Assembly (NCBI GenBank): GCA_963662465.1 | Contig: OY759599.1 | Span: forward strand, 1,440,001 to 1,504,000 | Length of the DNA stretch: 64,000 bases | Direction: 5' to 3' | From: Desulfatiglandales bacterium | GTDB lineage: Bacteria > Desulfobacterota > DSM-4660 > Desulfatiglandales > Desulfatiglandaceae | Shown here: positions 40,063 to 50,255 of the stretch, piece after piece | How positions within the stretch are numbered: the stretch's first letter is position 1 | Layout: each line of letters starts with the position of its first letter | Position numbers and translations under genes: made by a program | Notes under the pieces: model-generated | Database searches by the model: none | Seen by the model: only the letters and a program-made list of their open reading frames with translations | What the model was told of the DNA's origin: nothing

Positions 40063-42531
40063 TTTGAACACGATTCACAGGATTTAACAAGATGAACAGG
40101 ATTAGAAGATGACGTCCCGGCAATTTTCTTATTGTCATGGGGAAACCTTCTTGTTTGCGGTCTATCGGCGAAGAGTATAATCCTGTCCATCATCATAATC
40201 TTTTAAATCGTGTTCAAACAGCGCCCCGTTCATGATGCAATCCAGCTTCGTTGTTCCTCCCCGTTCTGAACACGATTCACAGGATTTAACACGATGAACA
40301 GGATTAGAAGATGAGGTCCCGACAATTTTCTTATTGTCATGGGGAAACCTTCTTGTTTGCGGTCTATCGGCGAAGAGTATAATCCTGTCCATCATCATAA
40401 TCTTTTAAATCGTGTTCAAACAGCGCCCCGTTCATGATGCAATCCAGCTTCGTTGTTCCTCCCCATTCTGAACACGATTCACAGGATTAAATACGATGAA
40501 CAGGATTAGAAGATGAGGTCCCGACAATTTTCTTATTGTCATGGGGAAACCTTCTTGTTTGCGGTCTATCGGCGAAGAGTATAATCCTGTCTATCATCAT
40601 AATCTTTTAAATCGTGTTCAAACAGCCTCCCCGTTCATGATGCCATCCAGCTTCGTTGTTCCTCCCCATTCTGAACACGATTCACAGGATTTAACACGAT
40701 GAACAGGATTAGAAGATGAGGTCCCGACAATTTTCTTATTGTCATGGAGAAACCTTCTTGTTTGCGGTCTATCGGCGAAGAGTATAATCCTGTCCATCAT
40801 CATAATCTTTTAAATCGTGTTCAAACAGCCTCCCCGTTCATGATGCCATCCAGCTTCGTTGTTCCTCCCCATTCTGAACACGATTCACAGGATTTAACAC
40901 GATGAACAGGATTAGAAGATGAGGTCCCGACAATTTTCTTATTGTCATGGGGAAACCTTCTTGTTTGCGGTCTATCGGCGAAGAGTATAATCCTGTCTAT
41001 CATCATAATCTTTTAAATCGTGTTCAAACAGCCTCCCCGTTCATGATGCCATCCAGCTTCGTTGTTCCTCCCCATTCTGAACACGATTCACAGGATTTAA
41101 CACGATGAACAGGATTAGAAGATGAGGTCCCGACAATTTTCTTATTGTCATGGGGAAACCTTCTTGTTTGCGGTCTATCGGCGAAGAGTATAATCCTGTC
41201 TATCATCATAATCTTTTAAATCGTGTTCAAACAGCCTCCCCGTACGATGAACAGGATTAGAAGATGAGGTCCCGACAATTTTCTTAGATGCCATCCAGCT
41301 TCGTTGTTCCTCCCCATCTTGAACACGATTCACAGGATTAAATACGATGAACAGGATTAGAAGATGAGGTCCCGACAATTTTCTTATTGTCATGGGGAAA
41401 CCTTCTTGTTTGCGGTCTATCGGCGAAGAGTATAATCCTGTCTATCATCATAATCTTTTAAATCGTGTTCAAACAGCCTCCCCGTTCATGATGCCATCCA
41501 GCTTCGTTGTTCCTCCCCATTCTGAACACGATTCACAGGATTTAACACGATGAACAGGATTAGAAGATGAGGTCCCGACAATTTTCTTATTGTCATGGGG
41601 AAACCTTCTTGTTTGCGGTCTATCGGCGAAGAGTATAATCCTGTCTATCATCATAATCTTTTAAATCGTGTTCAAACAGCGCCCCGTTCATGATGCTATC
41701 CAGCTTCGTTGTTCCTCCCCATTCTGAACACGATTCACAGGATTTAACACGATGAACAGGATTAGAAGATGAGGTCCCGACAATTTTCTTATTGTCATGG
41801 GGAAACCTTCTTGTTTGCGGTCTATCGGCGAAGAGTATAATCCTGTCCATCATCATAATCTTTTAAATCGTGTTCAAACAGCGCCCCGTTCATGATGCTA
41901 TCCAGTTCGTTGTTTCTCCCCATTCTGAACACGATTCACAGGATTAAATACGATGAACAGGATTAGAAGATGAGGTCCCGACAATTTTCTTATTGTCATG
42001 GGGAAACCTTCTTGTTTGCGGTCTATCGGCGAAGAGTATAATCCTGTCCATCATCATAATCTTTTAAATCGTGTTCAAACAGCCTCCCCGTTCATGATGC
42101 CATCCAGCTTCGTTGTTCCTCCCCATCTTGAACACGATTCACAGGATTAAATACGATGAACAGGATTAGAAGATGAGGTCCCGACAATTTTCTTATTGTC
42201 ATGGGGAAACCTTCTTGTTTGCGGTCTATCGGCGAAGAGTATAATCCTGTCCATCATCATAATCTTTTAAATCGTGTTCAAACAGCGCCCCGTTCATGAT
42301 GCCATCCAGCTTCGTTGTTCCTCCCCATCTTGAACACGATTCACAGGATTTAACACGATGAACAGGATTAGAAGATGAGGTCCCGACAATTTTCTTATTG
42401 TCATGGGGAAACCTTCTTGTTTGCGGTCTATCGGCGAAGAGTATAATCCTGTCTATCATCATAATCTTTTAAATCGTGTTCAAACAGCCTCCCCGTTCAT
42501 GATGCCATCCAGCTTCGTTGTTCCTCCCCGT
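40063..42531. repeat. Tandem array of 12 near-identical units (156-bp inverted-repeat element plus ~46-bp constant linker)
   Basis: TGAACACGATT starts at 40065, 40267, 40469, 40672, 40875, 41078, 41320, 41523, 41725, 41926, 42129, 42331. Confidence 0.97.
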
Positions 42532-43046
42532 TTTGAACACGATTCACAGGATTAAATACGATGAACAGGATTAGAAGACGGCGTCCCAACAAGTTTCTTG
42601 TTGTAAAGCCGTTTAAATTCAAGGCTCCGTCCTCCGAAATTCATCAACAATCCATCGGAAATTCCATAGGCTTCCAGATAATTGATAGCCTGTGCCTTGT
42701 GAGCATCTTGCAGTTTTTCCACAGCTTTCAATTCAACCATCACACGATGGTCAACAAAAAAATCGACCCTTCTCGTTCCGATTTGTTTATTGCGATAAAA
42801 TATCGGCATTTCCTTTTCACGCGCAAAGGATAACCCCTGAAAAGTCATTTCAATCGCCAGGGCGCGTTGATAAATCACCTCTTGGAATCCATTGCCGAGC
42901 GAACTGTGAACCTTCATCGCGCAACCGATGACCACATGCGTCAATTCGTTAATCCCGTCACTCGTCATGGTGAGACCTTTTTGTTTGCGGTTTATTGGTC
43001 AATGGTAATCCTGTCTGTCATTATAATCTTTAAAATCGTATTCAAA
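42532..43046 (-). mobile_element. Expanded 13th unit: same inverted arms enclosing a GxxExxY gene (putative autonomous element)
   Basis: Left arm at 42532, right arm ending AATCGTATTCAAA at 43046; mobility is inferred. Confidence 0.5.
42552..42968 (-). CDS. GxxExxY protein (PD-(D/E)XK-like fold)
   Basis: VHSSLGNGFQEVIYQRAL, RVDFFV, VELKAV, QAINYL, GLLMNFG. Confidence 0.95.
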   Translation of the reverse strand: MTSDGINELTHVVIGCAMKVHSSLGNGFQEVIYQRALAIEMTFQGLSFAREKEMPIFYRNKQIGTRRVDFFVDHRVMVELKAVEKLQDAHKAQAINYLEAYGISDGLLMNFGGRSLEFKRLYNKKLVGTPSSNPVHRI

Positions 43047-43248
43047 CAGCATAATTTATACCTTTTCAAATTGAAAAGAAATTGCAAAATTCAAAACGAT
43101 CGTCAGGTGTAAAATGAAAAGGACCATGGAAAAGGTGATGACCTGCTTTTTACCGTATCTGTGTAGCAAGAAACCAAAGACGATCCAACAGATGTCCATT
43201 GACTTCAACCTCGCCTTGCATTACGGTATGTAATACGGAGGGGATAAA

Positions 43249-43491
43249 ATGATCACACTAAGATTAGAAGAAAAATTAGAGCAAGATATAAATAATACAG
43301 CGAAAAACTTGGGACTGACAAAATCCGAACTGATTCGCCAAAGCATCCATGACTATCTTCAGAAGCTTCAAAAACCAAATGCGTGGGAGTTAGGCGAAGA
43401 TTTGTTTGGTAAATACTCAAGCGGCCTTGGAAATTTGTCGGAAAACCGGAAAGAGCTGATGAAAGAAAAAATAAAGGCTAAAGGAAAATGA
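43249..43491 (+). CDS. RHH/CopG antitoxin
   Basis: ITLRLEEKLE...GLTKSELIRQSI; ATGA overlap. Confidence 0.85.
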   Translation: MITLRLEEKLEQDINNTAKNLGLTKSELIRQSIHDYLQKLQKPNAWELGEDLFGKYSSGLGNLSENRKELMKEKIKAKGK

Positions 43492-43898
43492 AAAAAATCC
43501 TCATAGATTCCGGTCCGTTAATTGCCTTGTTTGATGCATCGGATAAATATTATCATAAAACAGTTAATTTTATACAATCAAATAAATATCCGCTTGTTAC
43601 AACGCTTGCATCAATCACGGAAACGCTCCACTTGTTGGACTTTAATCGAAATGCACAGATAGATTTCCTCGTGTGGATTGATAAAGGGGCCATTGAAATT
43701 CAACATATTGACAGCAGTGATTTTGGAAGACTCAAAGAATTAACTGAAAAGTATCGGGATTTGCCAATGGATTTTGCGGATGCTTGTCTGCTATATCTTG
43801 CGGAAAAACAGAGCCTGAACACCATTGCAACGATTGATCGGGATTTTACAATTTATCGAATAGGTGGTAAAAAGAAATTCAAGGTTGTTCTTTCTTAA
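43488..43898 (+). CDS. PIN-domain toxin
   Basis: ILIDSGPLIALF...ITETLHLL...DLPMDFADA...TIDRDF. Confidence 0.9.
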   Translation: MKKILIDSGPLIALFDASDKYYHKTVNFIQSNKYPLVTTLASITETLHLLDFNRNAQIDFLVWIDKGAIEIQHIDSSDFGRLKELTEKYRDLPMDFADACLLYLAEKQSLNTIATIDRDFTIYRIGGKKKFKVVLS

Positions 43899-43972
43899 AC
43901 AGAACGGAAGATGATTGAAACCAGGGTGAAACCAGAGGCTGCTGGGTGAATCACACAATAAGGGAGGAAGCA

Positions 43973-44371
43973 ATGGAACTGAAAGACTATTTTGAGGGTA
44001 CGAAAGGGAAGGGCATGCTGGCAACGGCGGATAAGGAGGGGACGGTGGATGTGGCGGTTTATGCCAAGCCTCACTTCGTGGAAGACGGCAACGTCGCATT
44101 TATCATGGCGGACCGTCTGACCCACCACAATCTGCAAAGCAACGACAGCGCCGCCTACCTGTTCCTGGAAGAGGACATGGGTTACAAGGGAAAGCGGCTT
44201 TATCTCACGAAGGTGCGGGAAGAGCAGGACACCGAACTGCTGTATACCCTGCGGAATCGGAAATTTTCTTCGGAAAAGGAAGAGGGCAAGCCCCGATTTC
44301 TGGTTTTTTTTAAGATCGACAAGGTGTTGCCGTTGATTGGCCCGGGGAGGGATGAAACTGCTTTGGCATAA
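43973..44371 (+). CDS. Pyridoxamine 5'-phosphate oxidase-like FMN-binding protein
   Basis: LATADKEG.VDVAVYAKPH...THHNLQSN..AAYLF. Confidence 0.8.
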   Translation: MELKDYFEGTKGKGMLATADKEGTVDVAVYAKPHFVEDGNVAFIMADRLTHHNLQSNDSAAYLFLEEDMGYKGKRLYLTKVREEQDTELLYTLRNRKFSSEKEEGKPRFLVFFKIDKVLPLIGPGRDETALA

Positions 44372-44444
44372 CCGGCCATGAAGGGATGCGGTTGGTGTTT
44401 TTTGCTATAAAAATAAACATCTTAAGGTTTTAGGAGAGTTGACC

Positions 44445-45356
44445 ATGCGCATTTTTATGACTGGCGGCACGGGTTTTGTGGGATCGGCGCTTACGAAAAA
44501 TTTGACGGAGCAGGGGCATTCCGTAACCCTGTTAACGCGAAAGATTCGAAAGAGCACTGCTACCCTGCCTTCCGGCGTTTCCATGGTGGAGGGAAACCCC
44601 ACGGAACCGGGACCCTGGCAGGAAACCCTGGCGGATCACGAGGTCGTCGTCAACCTGGCCGGGGCCTCCATTTTCAGGCGTTGGACCCGGGATGAAAAGC
44701 GCCGCATCCGCGACACTCGTATTCAGACCACCACCAACCTGGTAAACGCTCTTGAGCGTCGAAAAGGCATGAAAACCACCCTTCTGAGTACTTCGGCGGT
44801 GGGTTACTACGGTTTTCACGGCGATGAAGCGCTGGATGAGAGCCGTCCGCCCGGAAACGATTTTCTGGCGTCAGTGGCCAGGGAGTGGGAGGAAACCGCT
44901 TTAAAAGCGGAAAAGCTGGGGGTAAGGGTCGCCCTGTGCCGTTTCGGCATTGTCCTGGGAGCCGATGGGGGGGCTTTAGGCGAAATGATTCCCATTTTTA
45001 AAAAAGGTCTGGGAAGTCCCTTGGGTAGTGGAAAGCAATGGTTTTCCTGGATTCATCAGCAGGATCTGGTGCGTATCTTTTTGTTCCTTATTGAACGGGA
45101 GGATCTTTCGGGGGCATTTAACTGCGCCGCGCCGGAACCGGTTCGAAATCAGGAGTTGACCCGAATCCTGGGAAAGGTTCTGGGAAAACCCACCTTCATG
45201 CCGTCGGTGCCGGGTTTTGTCATCCGGATGGTCAAAGGGGAATTCGGCTCCGTGTTGCTCAAGGGGCAGAAGGTACTGCCCGAGAAACTGCAAAAAGCGG
45301 GGTTTCAGTTCAAATACCCGAATCTTTCCGGCGCATTGCGGGATCTTCTGGCATAA
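44445..45356 (+). CDS. TIGR01777-family oxidoreductase (epimerase-like)
   Basis: TGGTGFVG, VNLAGASI, SAVGYYG, RFGIVLG, GSGKQWFSWIH. Confidence 0.92.
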   Translation: MRIFMTGGTGFVGSALTKNLTEQGHSVTLLTRKIRKSTATLPSGVSMVEGNPTEPGPWQETLADHEVVVNLAGASIFRRWTRDEKRRIRDTRIQTTTNLVNALERRKGMKTTLLSTSAVGYYGFHGDEALDESRPPGNDFLASVAREWEETALKAEKLGVRVALCRFGIVLGADGGALGEMIPIFKKGLGSPLGSGKQWFSWIHQQDLVRIFLFLIEREDLSGAFNCAAPEPVRNQELTRILGKVLGKPTFMPSVPGFVIRMVKGEFGSVLLKGQKVLPEKLQKAGFQFKYPNLSGALRDLLA

Positions 45357-47106
45357 GGGCCGTTATTCGCGGGGCCTGTGAAAAGGGATATTCTGAAATA
45401 GCGCTTGGATTCCCAACCCCATAGAGCGTCGCCTGGTCCTGAACGCCTTTCAACATGATCCTGAATTTCCGCTTTACCCTCACAATATCCGGAACATGTT
45501 TGTAGACCGAAGCGGAAATAACCACCTCTCCTTTATCAGCCGTTGACTGAATTCGCTGGGTGAGGTTTACGGGGGACCCCACAATGCCATATTTGGCCCG
45601 GGTATCCGATCCGATGTTTCCCACTACCACCACGCCTGCATTGACGCCGATCCCCATTTCCAGTGACGGCAGGTTCTCAGATAGCATCTCCCGGTTGAAG
45701 GCTGCCATGCTTTCCTGCATTCTGAAGGCGCACCGGACGGCTTTTTCGACCATGGGCTGTATGGGCGCATCGAGGGGGTCGAAAAAAACCAGGACGGCGT
45801 CTCCGAAAAAATCCACGATAATTCCCTGATGGTCTTGAATCACCTGGATCAAGTGAGAGAAATATCGATTCAAGAAGCGGATAATCTCTTCAGGCGCCAA
45901 TGTTTCCGATAAAGACGTGAACCCCCTGATGTCGCTCATGAGGATGGCCACTTCCCGTTTCCGCCCCCCCAGCCTCGCGGCTTCCGGGCGTTTCAACAGC
46001 TCCTTGGCAATGCCCTGGTCCACGTACCTGCCGAAGGTATTGGCAATCAGGTCCCTTTCTTTCAAGCCCTCTACCATAGTATTGAAACTCTGGGTCAATT
46101 GGGCGATTTCGTCTCGGCCGTGTACGGGAATCGGCTCACTGTAATTACCTGTCGCCACGGTTTCCGCGGCCTTTGAAATGGCGGTAAAGGAATGGACCAT
46201 CCTCCCCACCACCGATCGGATCAGCAGGAGAATGATGAGTATGGCAAGGATTCCGCCCGCAAAGTAATAGTTGCGGAAACCGACGATGGGCCCCAGGACC
46301 TTATTTCCCTCGGCAAAGAGTACAATCGTCCAGGGCGCATTTCGCAGTTTATAAAAGCCGCCCACCGCGTGGGGCGGGGCGCCGGGTCCCAGAACCGTGC
46401 CGAAAGGCTTTTCCTTGATGGCTTTCAACAGGGATCGTTCAAAGGGGTCGTCGGTTTCTCCGAACACCATTCCCTTTTTCATGATGACTTTGGTATGGCA
46501 GAGGTATTTTCCGGCCTCATCGATCAGACATGCCTGATCCGTCTGCCACCAGCCAAAGTCCTTGACGCCTTCCAGAAGGTAATCAAAACGGACGGTCGCC
46601 TCAAGGGTTCCCACCACCTTGTCGGTTTCATCCTTAAGCCGGCTGATGATATTTACCGTTTCCCCGCCGGTCTGTGCATCATAGCGTGGGGAGGTGACTT
46701 CCAGCGCTTTTGCCTTCTGGAATCGCATCATTCGCCTCCCTTCGGAAGAACGCCCGCCCATACGCATCATCATCGGTTCCGGTTCATAGCCGTCTTCCCA
46801 TTTCAATTCGGCGCTTTCAATCCCTTTCATGTTCCGCAACTGCTGGAGGATCCATTCCTGTATCAGCACTCCCCCCCTGCCTTCGGATGTATGATGAAAC
46901 ATCCGGAGCCAATCGGTGATGTGTCCCAGTTTCATATCGATCTGGTGGGCGGCTCTCTGCAGTTTCATGATGGAGGCGTCCTGCCATTGGGCAAAGAGAA
47001 TGCCTCTCACATAAACAAAACCGAAAATCCCAATGAACAACAGCATCAGCGCAACCGGAAGCAGCACCAGAAGCGTGAGGCGTTTTTGAAGGCTCTTGAT
47101 GGCCAT
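45310..47106 (-). CDS. Membrane HAMP-adenylate/guanylate cyclase
   Basis: Two TMs, HAMP DEIAQL..SFN.M, LMSDIRGFT, GIGVNAG. Confidence 0.9.
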   Translation of the reverse strand: MAIKSLQKRLTLLVLLPVALMLLFIGIFGFVYVRGILFAQWQDASIMKLQRAAHQIDMKLGHITDWLRMFHHTSEGRGGVLIQEWILQQLRNMKGIESAELKWEDGYEPEPMMMRMGGRSSEGRRMMRFQKAKALEVTSPRYDAQTGGETVNIISRLKDETDKVVGTLEATVRFDYLLEGVKDFGWWQTDQACLIDEAGKYLCHTKVIMKKGMVFGETDDPFERSLLKAIKEKPFGTVLGPGAPPHAVGGFYKLRNAPWTIVLFAEGNKVLGPIVGFRNYYFAGGILAILIILLLIRSVVGRMVHSFTAISKAAETVATGNYSEPIPVHGRDEIAQLTQSFNTMVEGLKERDLIANTFGRYVDQGIAKELLKRPEAARLGGRKREVAILMSDIRGFTSLSETLAPEEIIRFLNRYFSHLIQVIQDHQGIIVDFFGDAVLVFFDPLDAPIQPMVEKAVRCAFRMQESMAAFNREMLSENLPSLEMGIGVNAGVVVVGNIGSDTRAKYGIVGSPVNLTQRIQSTADKGEVVISASVYKHVPDIVRVKRKFRIMLKGVQDQATLYGVGNPSAISEYPFSQAPRITALMPEDPAMRRKDSGI

Positions 47107-47467
47107 TGTCTTTCGCTATTTCACCTCGTTGTTAAGGTGATCAAAGCCCTTTTTGTCTCCAAAAACCGCCTTTATTTTAGCAGTCCCCGCTGGAGTTCTT
47201 TGAGCTTTTTTCTTTAACTTATACCTTTTCAACCGGAAACCTACAACGTCAAAAGGAAACCGTACTGTAAAGGAACTCAGCTATATTATGGCGTTGACCT
47301 TCAGGGAGGCCGCAGATGGGGACGATTGCTGGACCCATGATGCCCTGGGGGACTACAAGACTCTCATTGCCGAGGGGATCAAAAGCGCCGAGTGCTGCAA
47401 GCGGTAATATCTTTTTTGGACGGGAAGATCTTTCAGGGTCGTTTAACTGTGTTGCGCCGGCGCCGGT

Positions 47468-48553
47468 TCAAGATTCTTCAATATATTTCTTTTGAATTTC
47501 AATTATTTCCTTTTTAAGTTTAAAGAAAACATCGAGGATTTCGGGATCAAAATGGGTCCCCCGACTTTCAGCCATTATGGTAAAGGCCTTTTCGTTTGAA
47601 AAGGCCTCCTTGTAGGGTCGTCGGCTGGTCAGGGCATCAAATACATCGGCAACGGCGCAAATTCTGCCGTAAAGGGGAATGTCTTTGCCGGCGAGGCCCT
47701 GTGGATAGCCCGTACCATCCCATTTTTCATGGTGGGACATGGCAATCAGTTCCCCCACCTGTAGCAGTTCGGATGATGAGCCGCTTAGAATGCGCGCCCC
47801 GATGATGGAATGCTGTTGCATGGTGTCCCACTCGTCGGCGTTCAACCGGTCGGGTTTCAGGATGATGGCATCGGGAATGCCGATTTTGCCGACGTCGTGC
47901 ATGGGGCTGGCGTTGTGAATCAGTTCCACTTCCCGGGGGGGAAGGCCCAGGTGCAGGGCGATAATAGCGCAGTAGTTGCTCATTCGTCGGATGTGTTCGG
48001 CGGTTCCCTCATCCTTGAATTCCGACGCAATGGAAAGCCGGTGAAGGGTGTCCAGGTAGGCCCCGAAAATCTGGGCTTGGGCCTGGTTCAACTCATCAAG
48101 GGCCTTCTGAAGGGATGCTGTCCGCTTCTGGACCGTTTCTTCCAGGGTGGCCTTGTGTCGTTTAATGTCGTCCTGGGCTTCCTTCATTTTTAAAAGGCTT
48201 TCAATGCGGACTTTCAGTTCAATACGGTCTACCGGTTTTGAAATGAAATCATTGGCGCCTACTTTCACAGCTCGAAGACGGTCCTTTGAACTGCTCAATC
48301 CGGTCACCATCACAATGGGGACATCGCGAAAATCAGATTCCTCCCGAATGCGCCGGGTGACTTCGAACCCATCCATCTCCGGCATCATGACGTCCATAAG
48401 AATCAGGTCGGTTTTTTCGTTGACTTTGTCCAGGGCCTCGAATCCGTCATGGGCTGACTCAGGTTCATGCCCGAAGGATGCTACCAGTGCCTCCATCAAT
48501 TCAACGTTGAAGGGTTCGTCATCCACGATCAGAATGCGTTTTGGATAATTCAT
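47468..48553 (-). CDS. Response regulator with HD-GYP phosphodiesterase
   Basis: REC; HDVGKIG, HHEKWDGTGYP, VADVFDAL. Confidence 0.95.
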   Translation of the reverse strand: MNYPKRILIVDDEPFNVELMEALVASFGHEPESAHDGFEALDKVNEKTDLILMDVMMPEMDGFEVTRRIREESDFRDVPIVMVTGLSSSKDRLRAVKVGANDFISKPVDRIELKVRIESLLKMKEAQDDIKRHKATLEETVQKRTASLQKALDELNQAQAQIFGAYLDTLHRLSIASEFKDEGTAEHIRRMSNYCAIIALHLGLPPREVELIHNASPMHDVGKIGIPDAIILKPDRLNADEWDTMQQHSIIGARILSGSSSELLQVGELIAMSHHEKWDGTGYPQGLAGKDIPLYGRICAVADVFDALTSRRPYKEAFSNEKAFTIMAESRGTHFDPEILDVFFKLKKEIIEIQKKYIEES

Positions 48554-48568
48554 TACGAATACCTCATG

Positions 48569-49906
48569 TTAATCTTCAGCCGGTATTTTGAAGGTGAAGG
48601 TCGTGCCTTTTCCTTCCCCATCGCTTTTCACCTCAATGCGGCCATTGTGCATTTCCACCAGTTTTCTAGTCAGCGCCAGACCCAGTCCTGTCCCTGTGAA
48701 TTTACGGTCGTAATCGGCGTCCAGTTGCAGGAATTCCTGAAAAATAAGGTCCCTGTCTTCGGGTCTGATGCCGATTCCCGTATCGGCAACGGAAATTTCA
48801 ATTTCCGACAACTCCAGGTGTTTGACAAGTTTCGCGGAAACGGTAACGAGGCCCCCATCCGGTGTAAATTTAGCCGCATTGGAAAGTAGATGGTGCATGA
48901 TTTTTTTTAGTTTTCCCGCATCCCCCCGAACATTGGAATGCATCGGCAGGTGCGTCAGGTCAAGGTGCAGGGTGATATTTTGGTCGGTAACATTTTCCTG
49001 AAAACTGTGAAAGCTGTAGTCCAGCAACGCGTGGATATCCAGCCTGGTTTCACGCAGGGGCATATCACCGGTCGCCAGCCTTGAGATATCCAGCACATCG
49101 TTGATCAATGCAAGGAGATGACGGCTGCTTACCATGATATGGGAGACATATCGGTCCTGTTTTGGATTCAAGGAACCCACGGTCTGTTCCTTGAGGATTT
49201 CCGAAAAACCGATAATTGAATTGAGCGGCGTTCGAAGTTCGTGGCTCATCCCGGCCAGAAACTGGTCCTTGGATCGGTTCGCGGCTTCCGCCGCAATCTT
49301 GGCTTTCTTCAGGTTGTAAATGGTATCTTCCAGTTCCTGGTTGGCCTTTTCCAGGGAATCCTGCGCTTCAAGGAGATCACTGTTTTTTTGAATGGCATTT
49401 TCATAGGTGGAAAGGAGTAGATTCAGCATCCGCTGGGGATTTGCTTGAATCCGGTATTCTTTGCCGTCAATTACCACTGCCGAAGAATCATGTGGCGCCG
49501 GTGCATCCAGGGGGACTTGAGACTGTAAAATGGAAGCAATTTTTGAAAGCAGATGGCCTTCATTGTACGGCTTGGTCAGGTAATAATCCGCCTTGGATTT
49601 CAGGCCGTGAATGATATCCTCCGAATCGGACAGGGACGTGAGCAGCACCACGGGAATGTCTTTCAGCCTTTCTTCAAGTTTGATGGTATGACACAGTTCA
49701 AAACCATCCATTTCGGGCATCGTAACGTCCGTCAAAATGAGGTCGGGCAGGTTTTCCCGGGCGGCTTTAAGTCCTTCCAGGCCGTTTGTGGCTACCTGAA
49801 CGTCATACCCCCGGCTCTCCAGGACATGGCGCAGAAGGAGCAATTGTGTCGGACTGTCTTCAACAATGAGAATGCTTTTTGGCATTCGGGTTACGCCTCT
49901 CATCAA
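48569..49906 (-). CDS. REC-histidine kinase hybrid
   Basis: N-terminal REC; MSHELRTPL, NAAKFT, DTGIGI, GTGLGL. Confidence 0.93.
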   Translation of the reverse strand: MMRGVTRMPKSILIVEDSPTQLLLLRHVLESRGYDVQVATNGLEGLKAARENLPDLILTDVTMPEMDGFELCHTIKLEERLKDIPVVLLTSLSDSEDIIHGLKSKADYYLTKPYNEGHLLSKIASILQSQVPLDAPAPHDSSAVVIDGKEYRIQANPQRMLNLLLSTYENAIQKNSDLLEAQDSLEKANQELEDTIYNLKKAKIAAEAANRSKDQFLAGMSHELRTPLNSIIGFSEILKEQTVGSLNPKQDRYVSHIMVSSRHLLALINDVLDISRLATGDMPLRETRLDIHALLDYSFHSFQENVTDQNITLHLDLTHLPMHSNVRGDAGKLKKIMHHLLSNAAKFTPDGGLVTVSAKLVKHLELSEIEISVADTGIGIRPEDRDLIFQEFLQLDADYDRKFTGTGLGLALTRKLVEMHNGRIEVKSDGEGKGTTFTFKIPAED

Positions 49907-50255
49907 AAATCAAAATTCGCCCACATGAAAACCCGTTGGAGGCGTCAATTCGCCGCAACGCCGCTTTTTCAGAACTGAAGTAGGACCATTCTACTCGAAG
50001 GGACAAGTTGTCACAAAAGTGAATTTTTTGCAACATTCAGATGCCATAAATTAAACAGAATTAACCGGATAAAACAGGTTATCTCATCACTATCTTGAAA
50101 ATCTCGTCAAAATAACCTGACCTTCAAACAGGAAGGTGTTTTTTTATGTGACTTCAGAGCGCTCATGTCATATTCTGTTGCCGATGTATAAGGTTAATGA
50201 CCATCGTGTTTTTGCGTAAGTTTTCAGTAATAAAGCGATCGTGAAAGGGTAGTCT

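Noticed and set aside
40162..42462. Repeated 61-78 aa ORFs (MMMDRIILFADR...) in the ORF track
   Set aside because: They are by-products of the repeat, vary in frame between units and lack their own RBS.
40063..42531. CRISPR array
   Set aside because: Units are ~200 bp, linkers are nearly identical rather than unique spacers, and no cas genes are present.
46192..47217. Long antisense ORFs (341 aa here; also 13515-14501, 30924-31724, 61975-62871)
   Set aside because: Shadow ORFs opposite well-supported genes.
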